Source: Eledone cirrhosa (taxonomy: Eukaryota). Taken from it: a DNA stretch of 64,000 bases. A program made the translations under genes and the position numbers. The notes beneath the pieces were generated by a model. The model saw nothing but the letters and a program-made list of their open reading frames with translations. It did no database searches and was not told the origin of the DNA. This document shows positions 1-12,281 of the stretch, piece by piece (the stretch's first letter is position 1; every line of letters starts with the position of its first letter). The stretch lies in the NCBI GenBank assembly GCA_964016885.1, contig OZ024744.1, positions 91,884,001-91,948,000 of the forward strand. The letters run 5' to 3'.

Positions 1-112
1 GGATGAAAGGCAAAGTCAACCTCGGCGGGATTTGAACTCAGATCGTAAAGGGACGTAACTATGCTGGAAAGCATGGCGTCCGACCCTCTACCGATACTGG
101 CAATCCACCGCT
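1..112 (-). mobile_element. tRNA-derived SINE (Meta-domain-like family), truncated by window edge
   Basis: Reverse complement reads GCGGTGGATTG..CAGTATCGGTAGAG (A-box) ... GAGTTCAAATCCC (B-box) then GAGGTTGACTTTGCCTTTCATCC. The same family recurs throughout the window. Confidence 0.8.
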
Positions 113-384
113 TACATAGAATTATAATGGAAGGCTTTTATATAAATATAAATACATTAACTCATTTTGTAAACATATTTCTAGTGGAAGACACTGCCTA
201 TGATTTTCAAGTTTTTAAAAATTATCAATAATTTTGAGGGATTTAGTAATACAAGAGGTGAGGGAATTTTGGCCATATATGCCGGTTTAAATGCTTAAGG
301 GTTAATCATGTAACTAGAAGTGTAAACATCTAATTGACTTAAGAAGCAATGGGAACATGGAGAACTTGTAACGAAGTCGTCCAA

Positions 385-560
385 ACATAATTATTGTTTC
401 TGATTTAGGCACAAGGCCAACAATTTGAAGAGATGTGGGGGAAAGTTGATTAAATCTACCCCAGTGTGTTACTGGTATCTTACTTAATTGTTCCCCCCCC
501 CCCCCACAAGGATGAAAGGCTAAGCTAACCTCGGCAGGATTTAAACTCAGCATGTAAAGA
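385..560 (-). mobile_element. Meta-type SINE, 3' two-thirds
   Basis: ggatgaaaggc..aacctcggcaggattt and aggcacaaggcc blocks match the other copies. Confidence 0.75.
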
Positions 561-561
561 T

Positions 562-1525
562 GTTGGTGGTGGTGGTGGTTGGTGGTGGTGGTGGTAGTGG
601 AGGTAGGTGGTGGTGGTGGTAGTGGTGATGATGGTTGTGGTGGTGGTGGTAGTATGGTCGTTATGGTAGCGGTGGTGGTGGTAGTATGGTTGTTATGGTA
701 GCAGTGGTGGTGGTGGTCACTACCACCACTGGGGGTGGGGGTTATGGTCGTGATGATAGTGGTAGTGGTGGTGGTGGTGGTGATAGTGGTTGTGGTATTA
801 GTGGTTGTGATGATGCTGGTGCTGGTGCTGGTGCTGGTGTTGGTGTTGGCGGTAGGTGGTGGTGGTAGTGGAGGTAGGTGGTGGTGGTGGTGGTTGGTGG
901 TTAGTGGTAGTGGTGGTGGTGGTGGTGATAGTGGTTGTGGTATTAGTGGTTGTGATGATGCTGGTGCTGGTGTTGGTGTTCGGTAGGTGGTGGTGGTGGT
1001 GGTTGGTGGTTAGTGGTGGTGGTAGTGGTAGTGGTGGTGGTGGTTGGTGCTGATAGTGGTTGTGGTGTTAGTGGTTGTGGTAATGCTGGTGCTGGTGCTG
1101 GTGTTGGAGTTAGGTGGTGGTGGTGGTAGTGGAGGTAGGTGGTGGTGGTGGTAGTGGTGATGATGGTGGTGGTGGTGGTAGTGGTGGTTAGTGGTGGTGG
1201 TTAGTGGTGGTGGTGGTTGGAGGTTAGTGGTGGTGGTAGTGGTAGTGGTGGTAGTGGTGGTAGTGGTGATGATGGTGGTGGTGGTGGTAGTGGTGGTGGT
1301 GGTGGTTAGTGGTGGTTAGTGGTGGTGGTGGTGGTGGTTAGTGGTGGTGGTGGTGGTTAGTGGTGGTTGGTGGTGATAGTGGTTGTGGTTAGTGGTGGTG
1401 GTGATAGTGGTTGTGGTAATGGTGGTGTTGCTGCTGGTACCGGTGTTGGAGGTAGGTAGTGGTGGTTGTCATGGGGGGGGGGGGGGTTATAGTCGTGATA
1501 GTGGTGGTGGTGGTGGTGGTGATGG
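562..1525. repeat. (GGT)n / GT-rich low-complexity tract with internal duplications
   Basis: Direct reading; the block gatagtggttgtggtattagtggttgtgatgatgctggtgctgg recurs. Confidence 0.95.
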
Positions 1526-1637
1526 CAGGGGGTGATAGATTTGTCCTTCCCAGTAGAGCCCAATGCTTTGTTCTGTAAAAATAAATAAATTCACTAATTA
1601 AGAATAATAATAAATGTAATAATGCATAATAAAAGAA

Positions 1638-1672
1638 AGCAACAACAACAACAACAACAGCAACACCAGCAG

Positions 1673-1704
<32 letters not shown>

Positions 1705-2252
1705 ACAACAACAGCAACAACAGCAGCAACAATAACAACAACAACAGCAACACCAGCAGCAACAACAACAACAACAACAACAACAGCAACAACAACAACA
1801 ACAGCAACAATAACAACAACAACAACAACAACAACATCAACAACAGCAGCAACAGCAGCAACAACAGCAGCAGTTACAAGAACAACAACATCAACAACAG
1901 CAACAACAACCGCAACAACAACAACAACAACAGCAACAGCAACAACAGCAACAACAACAACAACAACAGCAACAACAACAAGAGCAACAATAACAACAGC
2001 AACAACAACAACAATAACATCAACAGCAACAGCAACAACAGCAACATCAGCAACAACAACAACAGCAACAGCAACAGCAACAACATCAATGACAGCAACA
2101 ACAGCAACAACAACAACAGCAACAACAACAACAGCAACAGCAACAACAACAACATCAATGACAGCAACAACAACAACAGCAACAACAACAACAGCAACAA
2201 CAGCAGCAGCAGCAACAACAGCAACAACAACAATAACAACAACAACATCAAC
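1638..2252. repeat. (CAA/CAG)n trinucleotide tract
   Basis: Direct reading. Confidence 0.95.
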
Positions 2253-2477
2253 AGTTATTCATTTCCTGTTGGAATTTTGTAATAAAATTTGAGCTAAAGA
2301 GAGAGAGAAAGAGGGGGGAGTGGTTAGAGATAGAGGGGGGGGGGGTAGAGAGAGGGAGGGAGATCAATAATTACATTTAATTAATTTCTATGTTAATTGA
2401 TCCACTCATTATCTTGTTAACAAGGATGCTCAACTCATACTTGTGTGCTTGTGTGCAAAGTAACTTAGCATGAAATC

Positions 2478-3190
2478 ATGTGTGTTTCTGTGTTTATATG
2501 TATGTATGTGTGTGTGTATGTTTGTATGTTTGTGTGTGTATGAGTGTGTATGAGTGTATGTTTGTGTATTTATGTGTGTAGATATGTATGTGTGTGTATG
2601 AATATGTGTGTGTATGTTTGTGTGTGTGTGTGTATGTATGTATGTAGGTGTGTACGTATGTATGTATGAATGTGTGTATGTATTTGTATGTGTGTGCGTA
2701 GGTATGTGTGTGTATGTGTGTATGCATGTGTGTGTGTATGTGTGTGTGTATGTATGTATGTATGTGTGTATGTATATGTATTTATGTGTGTAGGTATGTA
2801 TGTGTGTGTGTATGTATGTATGTATGTGTGTGTGTGTGTATGCATGTGCGTGTGTGTATGCATGTGCGTGTATGTATGTTTGGGTGCGTGTATGTATGTA
2901 TATGTGTGTGTAGGTATGTAAGTGTGTGTGTGTATGTATATATGTATGTATGTGTGTGTGTATGTATATGTGTGTGTATGCATGTGTGTATGCGTGTGTA
3001 GGTATGTAAGTGTTTGTGTATGTCTAGGTATGTGTTTGTGTATGAATGTATATATACATGTATGTTTGTATGTGTGTATGTATATATATGTATATGTATA
3101 TTTGTATGTGTGTATGTATGTATATCTACATGTATGTTTGTATGTGTGTGTGTGTGTAGGTATGAATGTCTGTATATATATATATGTATA
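2478..3190. repeat. (TG)n/(TATG)n compound microsatellite
   Basis: Direct reading. Confidence 0.95.
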
Positions 3191-3340
3191 GACTCTCCAT
3201 ATTTCTTTTCAATGGCTGAGGTTAGCTGGACATGCTCACCGACATCCAGAGTTGACATTGCACTCAGTGCTCCTGTGGGAGCCCCTACATGGACACGCTG
3301 GAAGAGGAAGACATATGTTGATGCCCTAAGGACAGACACG
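3190..3340 (+). mobile_element. Rearranged mini-copy of the RTE LINE at 8820-11948 (inverted 5' piece joined to a 3' ORF piece)
   Basis: 3191-3219 equals 11900-11928 on the plus strand. 3216-3339 matches the reverse complement of ~8918-9050. The two pieces overlap at a ctga microhomology. Confidence 0.85.
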
Positions 3341-3354
3341 AAGGCCAGTGAAGC

Positions 3355-3535
3355 CTGAAATGCATAGACAGTTGTCCCCCTTGCTTCTGCTGGACACCAC
3401 CAGAGGGCGTTAGCCCCCTTCCCCCTCCCGGTCTTTGCATACCTACGGCTTCCTAAAACCTTATTTCTTTAGAAATACGAAATTTCTATACATATTGAAT
3501 AAAGCTATGCTTGAAGCGAAATCTTATTTCTTTCG
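3355..3535 (+). repeat. Short interspersed repeat carrying a CTCF-like motif (copy 1)
   Basis: Alignable by eye with the reverse complement of 13940-14128; ends in (TA)n. Confidence 0.75.
3397..3409 (+). promoter_or_regulatory. CTCF-like motif CCACCAGAGGGCG
   Basis: Matches the core bilaterian CTCF consensus CCACCAG(G/A)(T/G)GGCG; binding not demonstrated. Confidence 0.5.
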
Positions 3536-3631
<96 letters not shown>

Positions 3632-3721
3632 ATTTATGTGTGTGTGTGTGTGTGTATATGTATGTGTGTGTATGTGTGTGTATATCTTTATATAGGTCTG
3701 TGTATATATATATATGTATGT

Positions 3722-4040
3722 CCCTTTGGTTTCATTATTTTATAAATATTCACCAATAGAAAGAGAGAGCCAGTTCCTAACAAAGAAACAAGACTTTTTT
3801 CATTGTAATTTAGACAAAAATCAACTAAGTAAATATGTATGTCTTTCTGTATGTGTGTGTGTCTGCATGTATGGATGTTATTGTATGTGTGGATATGCAT
3901 ACACTTTATATCTGTACATGTGTATATGCAGTTCTTAGATGCAGAATTTTTGGAATGTTTAACATATTTTTACTGTTCCATTAATGGATTGTACTTGTAA
4001 TTTCCTAACTAGTCGTGTTCTTTCTATTTCTGTGACCCCC
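3722..4040 (-). mobile_element. R4/Dong-type LINE family A, 3' end fragment
   Basis: Homologous to 20893-21220 (ORF end ...VQSINGTVKIC..FQKFCI* and the 3' UTR). Confidence 0.8.
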
Positions 4041-4189
4041 CATAAATTGTCTGAGTATTGTGTCAATACTGTGTATGGATAAGATCTTTACTTCTATGTT
4101 GTCTATTGAGCTTTCCCCTACGATGGTCTAATTTAGCATGTTATTATAGCACACACAATTTCACATAAAGAATTTTGGAAAACAAATAT

Positions 4190-4590
4190 ATTGTTTTACA
4201 GCAAATGTTATTGTATTTGTGTCCAAAGCTCCAGTGGTCAACTGATGGAAAGAGACTGTCTTGCATTTCATTTTTCTGTCGACTTCACCCACCTTCTTTC
4301 ATTCATTTTGTGTGATTTTAGCTACTTGGATACTTTTTCAAAATGGCCAAGTGAATACACATGTGTATGTTTTTTCCCCCCAATTTTGTTTTCATTTTCC
4401 CCATTCCTTCCTCTCGCCACTCTTCACTTTCTATTTATCTTCTATTTCTAACTAATTTCTGATGAAGCACTAGTGTCTGAAATGTTAAGACTCTCTTTCT
4501 GTTATTTCAAGCGTTAAACTATATTTCTTCCATGTACCGTGCCTATTGTTTTGTTATTTTTTGTTATTTTTGTTATTATTTTTACCTATA
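4190..4590 (+). mobile_element. Penelope-like element remnant with minimal hammerhead-like core at 4459-4486
   Basis: CTGATGA-AG-CAC-TA-GTG-TCT-GAAA-TGTT, followed by a T-rich tail and (TA)n; this layout is typical of PLE-associated minimal type I hammerheads. Confidence 0.45.
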
Positions 4591-4619
4591 TATATATATA
4601 TATATATATATATAGATAT

Positions 4620-4795
4620 ATCATCATCATCATCATCATTTAATGTCCATCTCCCACGCTAGCATGGGTTGGACGGTTTTGTCCCACTTGAGGCGAGATT
4701 GGTTGGGATAGCATCTCTCACTAGTATAGAACTGTCTCTGGCTTGTTTTCTATGGCTGGATGTCCTTCCTAACACCAACCACATTTATAGTGTCT
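4620..4795 (-). mobile_element. SINE/RTE-shared 3' tail with (TGA)n end
   Basis: catcatcat...ctagcatgggtt...gctggatgtccttcctaacaccaacc, as in 30370-30590 and 51060-51235. Confidence 0.75.
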
Positions 4796-6066
4796 CCTAC
4801 ACGACTTCTTTACAGTGTGGACTGGGTGCTTTTTGTCGTGACACCTACATGATCACTTTACAGTATGTGCTGGGTGTTTTTTGTCATGACACCTACATGA
4901 CACCTACTTTACAGTGTGGACTGGGTGCTTTTTGTCATGACACCTACATGACCACTTTACAGTGTGTGCTGGGTGTTTTTAGTCGTGACACCGACATGAC
5001 CACTTTACAGTGTGGACTGGGTGCTTTTTGTCATAACACCTACATGACCACTTTACAGTGTGTGCTGGGTGCTTTTTGTCGTGACACCGACATGACCACT
5101 TCACAGTGTAGGCTGGGTGCTTTTTGTCGTGACACCGACATGACCACTTTACAATGTGGACTGGGTGCTCTTTGTCATGACACCTACATGACCACTTTAC
5201 AGTATGGACTGGGTGCTTTTTGTTGTGACACCTACATGACCACTTCACAGTGTGGACTGGGTGCTTTTTGTCATGACACCTACATGACCACTTCACAGTG
5301 TGGACTGGGTGCTTTTTGTTGTGACACCGACATGACCACTTTACAGTGTGGACTGGGTGCTTTTTGTCGCGACACCTACATGACCACTTTACAGTGTGGA
5401 CTGGGTGCTTTTTGGCATGACACTGACATGACCACTTTACAGTGTGGACTGGGTGCTTTTTGGCATGACACTGACATGACCACTTTACAGTGTGGACTGG
5501 GTGCTTTTTGTTGTGACACCTACATGACCACTTTACAGTGTGTGCTGGGTGCTTTTTGTTGTGACACCTACATTACCACTTTACAGTGTGGACTGGGTAC
5601 TTTTTGTTGTGACACCTACATGACCACTTTACAGTGTGGACTGGGTACTTTTTGTTGTGACACCTACATGACCACTTTACAGTGTGGACTGGGTACTTTT
5701 TGTTGTGACACCTACATGACCACTTTACAGTGTGGACTGGGTACTTTTTGTTGTGACACCTACATGACCACTTTACAGTGTGGACTGGGTACTTTTTGTT
5801 GTGACACTTACATGACCACTTTACAGTGTGGACTGGGTACTTTTTGTTGTGACACCTACATGACCACTTTACAGTGTGGACTGGGTACTTTTTGTTGTGA
5901 CACCTACATGACCACTTTACAGTGTGGACTGGGTACTTTTTGTTGTGACACCTACATGACCACTTTACAGTGTGGACTGGGTACTTTTTTGTTGTGACAC
6001 CTACATGACCACTTTACAGTGTGGACTGGGTGTTTTTTGTCGTGTCACCTACATGACCACTTTACA
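4795..6066. repeat. 48-bp minisatellite, ~26 copies, derived from the SINE/RTE tail
   Basis: Unit ctacatgaccactttacagtgtggactgggt(g/a)ctttttgttgtgacac; its 16-aa periodicity explains the 442-aa ORF. Confidence 0.95.
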
Positions 6067-6224
6067 TGATACATATACATATATGGATTGAACCTTGAGC
6101 TGATCAGTAGTGAAACGTGCGTCACCAACCAATAAACGTAATGAAGGTGTAACCATTTGTCCTTGCATTATTATTTGATTACGGTTTCTGGCCTTGTGCC
6201 TAAAAATAGAAACAATTATTAGAT

Positions 6225-6418
6225 TACGGTGGATTGGCAATATCAGTAGAGGGTTGGATGCCTTGCTTTGACGCATAGAGTTATGGCTCTTTCCATTCTG
6301 AGTTCAAATCCTGCTGAGGTGAACTTTACCTTTCATCCTTACAGGGTCGATAAAATAAAGTACCATTAATGTACTGGGTAATTGCTGGCCTTGTGCCAAA
6401 AGTAGAAACAATTATTAT
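6225..6418 (+). mobile_element. Meta-type SINE, near full length
   Basis: ggtggattggcaatatcagtagaggg ... gagttcaaatcc ... tttcatccttacagggtcgataaaataaagtacc ... ggccttgtgccaaaagtagaaacaattattat. Confidence 0.85.
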
Positions 6419-6772
6419 ATTACACTCTGTCTAGCTCTACACCTCGATATAATCGTATACATATACGATTATTATGCCTCTTTAACGCTGCCATTTTTTA
6501 AATAGATAACAGTCTGAATATGAATGCTGATGTATTGTTATATCTCCAAGCATTCTTTTTAAAGAATAAATGTATCATGAATGTATAGCTGTACTTTGCT
6601 GTCATACGAATTGTACTTTCCCTCCAGCTACATCTTTAAGGACAATAATCTGTCTCTTATGAGCCTTATAAGTGCATCTCTACTGTATTGTAAAATGTAC
6701 TTGAAGACGAAACACTGTCTAAGAATTAAATCTTGTTTTTAAATGTCTTGCTTTCTCCTCCATATATTTTTG

Positions 6773-6813
<41 letters not shown>

Positions 6814-7146
6814 GATATTAATAAATGGAAACTATATTTATAAAACCATATTTATTTCATTATACATATTTCAGGGATACCAAATTAAATTATGGTATGC
6901 CTTCATCAGACAAACTACAATATATAACAGTTTTACAAATAAGCTTTGACGTACCCTATTAAAATGCAACCATTGTTTTTGGAAGTCATCCAGATAGTGA
7001 TTTGTTTATATTAATTTAATAAGTCATAGTGTTAAGGACAATTAGAAAAAGACGGAGAGAAAGAAAATTATATTACTTGTCGAGTGCTTTATATCAGTTA
7101 TAAAAATATTTACTTGTTGTATCCCAACAATTTTAAATAGAACTTT

Positions 7147-7191
<45 letters not shown>

Positions 7192-7193
<2 letters not shown>

Positions 7194-7880
7194 TCATTAT
7201 CATCATCACCGTTTTATGTCAATGTCTCCTCGCTAGCATGGGTTAGATAGGTTGTCATGTTGTGGGCAATACCAGGTCAGATGACCGTGTCTTGCTCATA
7301 CGGGACTGATTTTGGCTCAGTTTCTACAGCTGGATGCCCTTCCTAATGCCAACTTCATTTACACTGAGTACTGAGTGCTTTTTTGCCGTGGCACCTCCAT
7401 GCCCACTTTACGGCAGGAGAGGCGTGGGGGCATATTGTCTATATGCTTCACCCTGTACCCGTAGAAACTCATGTCTTCTGTATTACTGCGTAACGCCAGA
7501 GGTCACGGTCGTGTGTCATCGCCTTTGAGAGGTGCAATTGGGCAAGGTCCACTTTTATCACCTCGCTCCAGGTCTTCTTGGGTCTCCCCACTCCACGGTT
7601 TCCATTGACTTTTAGTGCTCTGCACCTTTTTATGCAGCTGTCATCCTTCATACGCATCACATGTCCATACCAAGATAATCTCCTCCCCTGCACTCAACAT
7701 TTGATTCCTCTTATTCTTAGTCTCTCTCTCAGTTCGTTTATGCTTTGCCATTCACATATATTACTATTACACATCCATCAGAGCATGCAAGCTTCGTTTC
7801 TTTCTAATCTACGCAAGTCTTCTGCATACAACGCCCCCATTTCTCACTACCATGTAACATTGCTGCTCGTATGTACGCAT
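7192..7880 (-). mobile_element. RTE LINE 3' fragment (ORF end, 3' UTR, (TGA)n tail)
   Basis: ORF RRLSWYGHVMRMKDD...RGVGRPKKTW; near-identical family to 29955-30590. Confidence 0.85.
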
Positions 7881-7924
7881 CATACATAAACATATGTATA
7901 TATATTTATGTTGAAATAGAAAGA

Positions 7925-8190
7925 GAAGGCTTTGCCATAACATTTATCTAAATAATATAGTTTCAATAATGAAGTGTGTAAACCCACTGAATGACAAAAG
8001 ATGGTTATCAGCACAATGGAAGTCGAAACCACACCTCTCGTTTGCTGGACAAGTACGCTACCATTATACCAATGAACCCATGGAGTTTTTTCTGTAATTT
8101 TCAGGAGCTATAACTTAATATCAATATGTAAACAAAGGAAGTATTTATGTTTAGAAAGCAACAAGTGAAGTTTGAAATTGAAATAAATAA
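7925..8190 (-). repeat. tRNA-like repeat, copy 1 (inverted and permuted relative to 8545-8748)
   Basis: Reverse complement of 8017-8081 is GGTTCATTGGTATAATGGTAGCGTACTTG...GGTTTCGACTTCC (A/B-box-like); downstream attcagtggg block shared with 8600-8670. Confidence 0.5.
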
Positions 8191-8193
8191 TAG

Positions 8194-8532
8194 AGGCACA
8201 TAGCTTAGTGGTTAGAGCATTGGCCTTGCAATCAAAAGGTTGTGAGTTCAATTCTCAGACCGGGTGATGTGTTGTTTCCTTGAGCAAGATACTTTATTTC
8301 ACATTGTTCCAGTTTACTCAGCTGTAGAAATGAGATGATAGGGAGTGAGGTCCATATCATTCCACTGCAAAGTGGTCGTGAAGGTGCCACGGCAAAAAAG
8401 CACCCAGCACTCACTGTAAATGAGGTTGGTGTTAGGAAGGGTATCCAGCTGTAGAAATCAAGCCAGAAACAGTTCCCATCCCACCCTTGCAAGCAGGGAA
8501 AAAATGGACGTAAAATGAAATGATGATGATGA
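8194..8532 (+). mobile_element. tRNA-derived CORE-type SINE
   Basis: tagcttagtggttagagc (A-box), gagttcaattc (B-box), ccttgagcaagatactttatttcacattg (CORE-like), ggaaggg.atccagctgtagaaa tail, (TGA)n end. Confidence 0.85.
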
Positions 8533-8819
8533 ATGATGAATAGAAGGCTTTGCAATGAAGGTTCAGTACTTGACTGGCAAATGCGAAGTATGAGTTCATC
8601 TCTCATATCTGTTGATACCCAACCTTTTCCATTCAGTGGGTTACATACCCCATTATTAGACTATTTTCTGTCGTCAATGTAATTGGCAAAGCATTATATT
8701 TCAATTACAATTTCAAACTTCGCTTACCACTTTCTAAACATACTTCCATATATATATATATATAGATAGATAGATATATAGATAGATATATATATAGATA
8801 GATAGATAGATATAGATAT

Positions 8820-11800
8820 CTAGGGCGGGTAAAATTCTCGAGATCCATGGACGAGTTCTCTCCAGCGGTCTCTGTCCCTCATTATCGCTGCCATGTCCTG
8901 CATCTCCAACAGACCAGTGTCTGTCCTTAGGGCATCAACATATGTTAACTTTGGTCTTCCTCTTCCAGTGTGTCCATGTAGGGGCTCCCACAAGAGCACT
9001 GAGTGCAATGTCAACTATAGATGTTGGTGAGCATGTCCAGCCAACCTCAGTCTCCTCTGTGTCACTTTTGAGCTGACTTTTGGGAGGCTCCCAAACAGCT
9101 CTGAGTTTTTCATCCTCAGTGTATACTGATTAATGTTCAGAGCCATCCTCAACATTCTCGTGTAGCACCCATCCACCATCTGAGTGAGTTTCTTGGTCAG
9201 TGTCCAAGTCCCAGACCCGTACAGCAGCACAGACTCTACTACAGCAATGAAGAGGCGGATTTTCAGGTCTTTACGAAGGTCCGACTTCCACACCGATCTC
9301 AAGCTGTGGCATGCCACCCAGGCTTTGCTCTTCCTCTCAACCACATCATCTTCTGTATTCCCAATCTTTGCTCCCAAATACAGGAAGCCCTCAACCAATT
9401 CTAGCAGCTTCCCGCCTACATTAGTGATCCCCTCTGGCTTCTCAACATTCTCTACCAGATATTTTGTTTTAGTCTCATTCATTCTCAGCCCCACACTCAT
9501 CAACACAGTCTCAACCTCCCGCATCAAATCCTCTGCCTCCTTCACTGTAATTGTCACCAAAACTATGTCGTCGGCAAATTCAGCATCTGATACCTTTTTC
9601 GCCTTAGCTCTCCTGCTCTGAGCCGGTGCTACAGTAAAGCCAGAGTCCTGGTATTTCTCCAGTGCAAGGCGCATACAATAGTCCACTACGATGATAAAAA
9701 GGTAGGGAGCCAATGTATCTCCCTGGAGCACTCCAGCCAGTATCTCAAAGAACTCTGTCATCCCATCAGGTGTAATGACTTGGGTGTTGGTGTAGAGCAG
9801 TGATATCAGGTCCACTATCTTCTTGGGGATTCCATAAGCCTGTAAGATCTTCATCAGGCAGTGATGGTCCACAGAATCAAAGGCCTGCCTAAAGTCAATA
9901 AAAACCATGACCGCAGGAAGGCACTTTGCTCTAGCTCCCTCTAATATCCTCCTCAGCATCAGGATGTGACTGATGGTTGATCTTCCCTCTCTGAAGCCGT
10001 TCTGGTTGTCCCTGAGCTTCTTCTCCATCTCAGACTGGATCCTGTTAAGAATCATCCTGTTGAGGGTCATTGCCACAAGTGACGTCAGTGAGATCCCCCT
10101 GTAGTTGTTGGTGTTAGAGAGATCTTCCTTCTTTGGCACTGGGACGATGTTACTGATCCTCCACTGATTCGGGGCAACTCCTTTTCCCAGTGCCTGGTTA
10201 CATAACCCCAGGATGATATCATCAAAATCACACCTCTTCATCACCTCTGATGCCACTCCATCTTCTCCATGAGCCTTGCCCTCCTTGATCCTCTTCTTGG
10301 CTCTCTGAAGCTCCTCTCTGGTGAAGGGCTCTGTCTCAATATCCAGTTCCTCAAACAGCCGCCTGATCTCCCCAGTGCTCTGGGCTGTGGAGGGTGTCTC
10401 TCCTAGTAGGGTCCTAAAATGGTCTAGCCATTTCCTCTTCCTATCCTCGGGCCCCGTTCCCTGGATCTGACACGAACACCTTCTCTTCCTCCCTGTGATC
10501 TCGTTGATGATCATCCAGCTCTCCTTACATCCAGATCTGTCAACCGCTCTCTCCACACTTCTGATCTTCTCTATCAGTGCCTCCTCTCTGGCCTCAGTGT
10601 AAGTGGTACAGAGTTCTTCCCTCATCACCTCCACAGTCTCCATCCTCTCCTCCGTAGGATCAGCATAGAATTGGTCCTTGGCAGCTTTCAGGTGTTCTCT
10701 GGCTGCACACACTTTTGGGTTTGCAGAGCTGACGTGCTTCCTTTTGTTCTTTTTCCTCGACACCAGGGTTTCACTTGCTTCCGCCACTGCATTGGTGAAG
10801 TGCCCGTACCTCCTTGTCACACTCTCCTCAGTCCATCCAATCTCTCTCTCCTCTGTCTCTCCACACAGAGCACTGAACCTGTTCCTCACTTCCACTGTGA
10901 ACCTCTCCTGTAGCTTATCATCTTCCTTGAAAGCTCCCCAGTCATAGATTGCTCTCCGGGGCTGAGCCTTGCCCTTTCTTAAGCTCACCCGGACCTCACT
11001 CATAACAAGACGGTGGTCACTACCCAGTGTACTGAAATAGTTGTATGGTTCTGTGTTCAGAACACTATTCCGCCACTTATTCCTCACCAGAATGAAATCA
11101 ATCTGGGACTTGGACAGGTGCATATCTGAGATGTAGGTCCACATCTTCCCCGGATTCTTCCTAAACCTTAGGCTGGTCGCTATCAAGTTCGCCTCCAGCA
11201 GGGTGTCTCTCAGTAGTCTTCCATTTCGGTTGGTGTTGTTATGGAAGTACCAGCAAGGATCTTCACTGCCCTCCTTACTCAGATGTGCATTGAAGTCCCC
11301 CAAAACAAGCAGGATGTTATGTGCTTGTGTGGTGTTGACAGCTCTACACACCTCCTCATGGAACTCTTCAGCACTCACATCACTGTCTCCCTCGGTTGGA
11401 CTATAGGCTGAGATGACTGTCAGTCTTGGGTTTCCATTGAAGGTCACCCTCAACACTCGCGGGGAGAGAGGCATTATTTCCCTCACCAATAGACTGGTTT
11501 TTGTGCTGAAAACAAAACCCACTCCTCCCACTGCAGCATTGGTCATGTTCCTCACTGCCGATGTGGTGATGAGCTGGCTCATCTTCCCAATCATCACACT
11601 CCTCACGGGCTCATCGTGTAGGATCCTGTGTTCTTGGATCGCAAGTATCTGTATACTACTCTCCTCGAACAGATGACCCAACTCCTCTCTCTTCTCCAGC
11701 GTCCGAATAGTCCTCACATTCAAAGTACCCATTTTGATGGCTCTTCTGCAGGACAAAACTGTATTCTTTATATTTGTCTCAAAGACAGCTGATTCATCAT

Positions 11801-11948
11801 CCACTGGCCCTCCCTGTGGCTCTAAGCCAGCAGAGTCATAACGACCAGACTGCACCTTGACAGTGTAATTAGGGGATCTAACCCTAGTGCTGTTAGATAG
11901 ACTCTCCATATTTCTTTTCAATGGCTGACAATACCTTACCGGCGCCAC
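8820..11948 (-). mobile_element. Near full-length RTE/RTEX-type non-LTR retrotransposon ORF (AP endonuclease + reverse transcriptase), one in-frame stop at 9015-9017
   Basis: Endonuclease motifs TLNVRT, IQEH, SAYSPT, GDFNAH, QIDFIL, GSDHRL; RT motifs NYRGISL, QNGFR, FIDF..AFDSV, GVLQGDTLAP, FADD, FLYLG; C-terminal RRLRLAGH..GRPKLTYVD. First ATG at 11909. ORF 8820-9014 is in the same frame. Both ends abut (TA)/(TATC)n tracts. Confidence 0.95.
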
Positions 11949-11949
11949 T

Positions 11950-12120
11950 CGAATAAGATAGTTATTTAACTCATAAATGGGGCCCTAACAGGTACTACTA
12001 CTCCGGGCCAGAGCAGACCTGGGAGTTATGACAACTAAGGGGTAACTCCACATTCCCCACAGCTCCTGAACTCCCGAACTGGAGTCTGGCCACTGGATGT
12101 AGTTTAATGTCATACTCAGG

Positions 12121-12124
<4 letters not shown>
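11950..12124. mobile_element. 5' UTR of the RTE element or an adjacent short interspersed repeat
   Basis: Moderately GC-rich block between the ORF start and the (TA)n tract at 12125; assignment uncertain. Confidence 0.4.
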
Positions 12125-12165
<41 letters not shown>

Positions 12166-12281
12166 ATCCAAGAAGTGTAACATGAAGTTACTGTAGGTTC
12201 ACCCAGGTGAGCACTCGATGTTTAGGTTCACGTCAGTAGCGAGGTGTAGAGCTAGGCAGAGTGTAATATAATAATGTAATG

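Noticed and set aside
4669-5997. 442-aa Cys-rich repetitive ORF (TTLQCGLGAFCCDTYM)n
   Set aside because: It is the translation of a stop-free 48-bp SINE-derived minisatellite and begins inside a SINE tail. Diverged arrays of the same unit (45880-46700) contain frameshifts and stops.
8017-8081. Possible functional tRNA gene (also the SINE heads)
   Set aside because: A/B-box-like motifs are present, but I could not form a complete cloverleaf with an acceptor stem; treated as tRNA-derived repeats.
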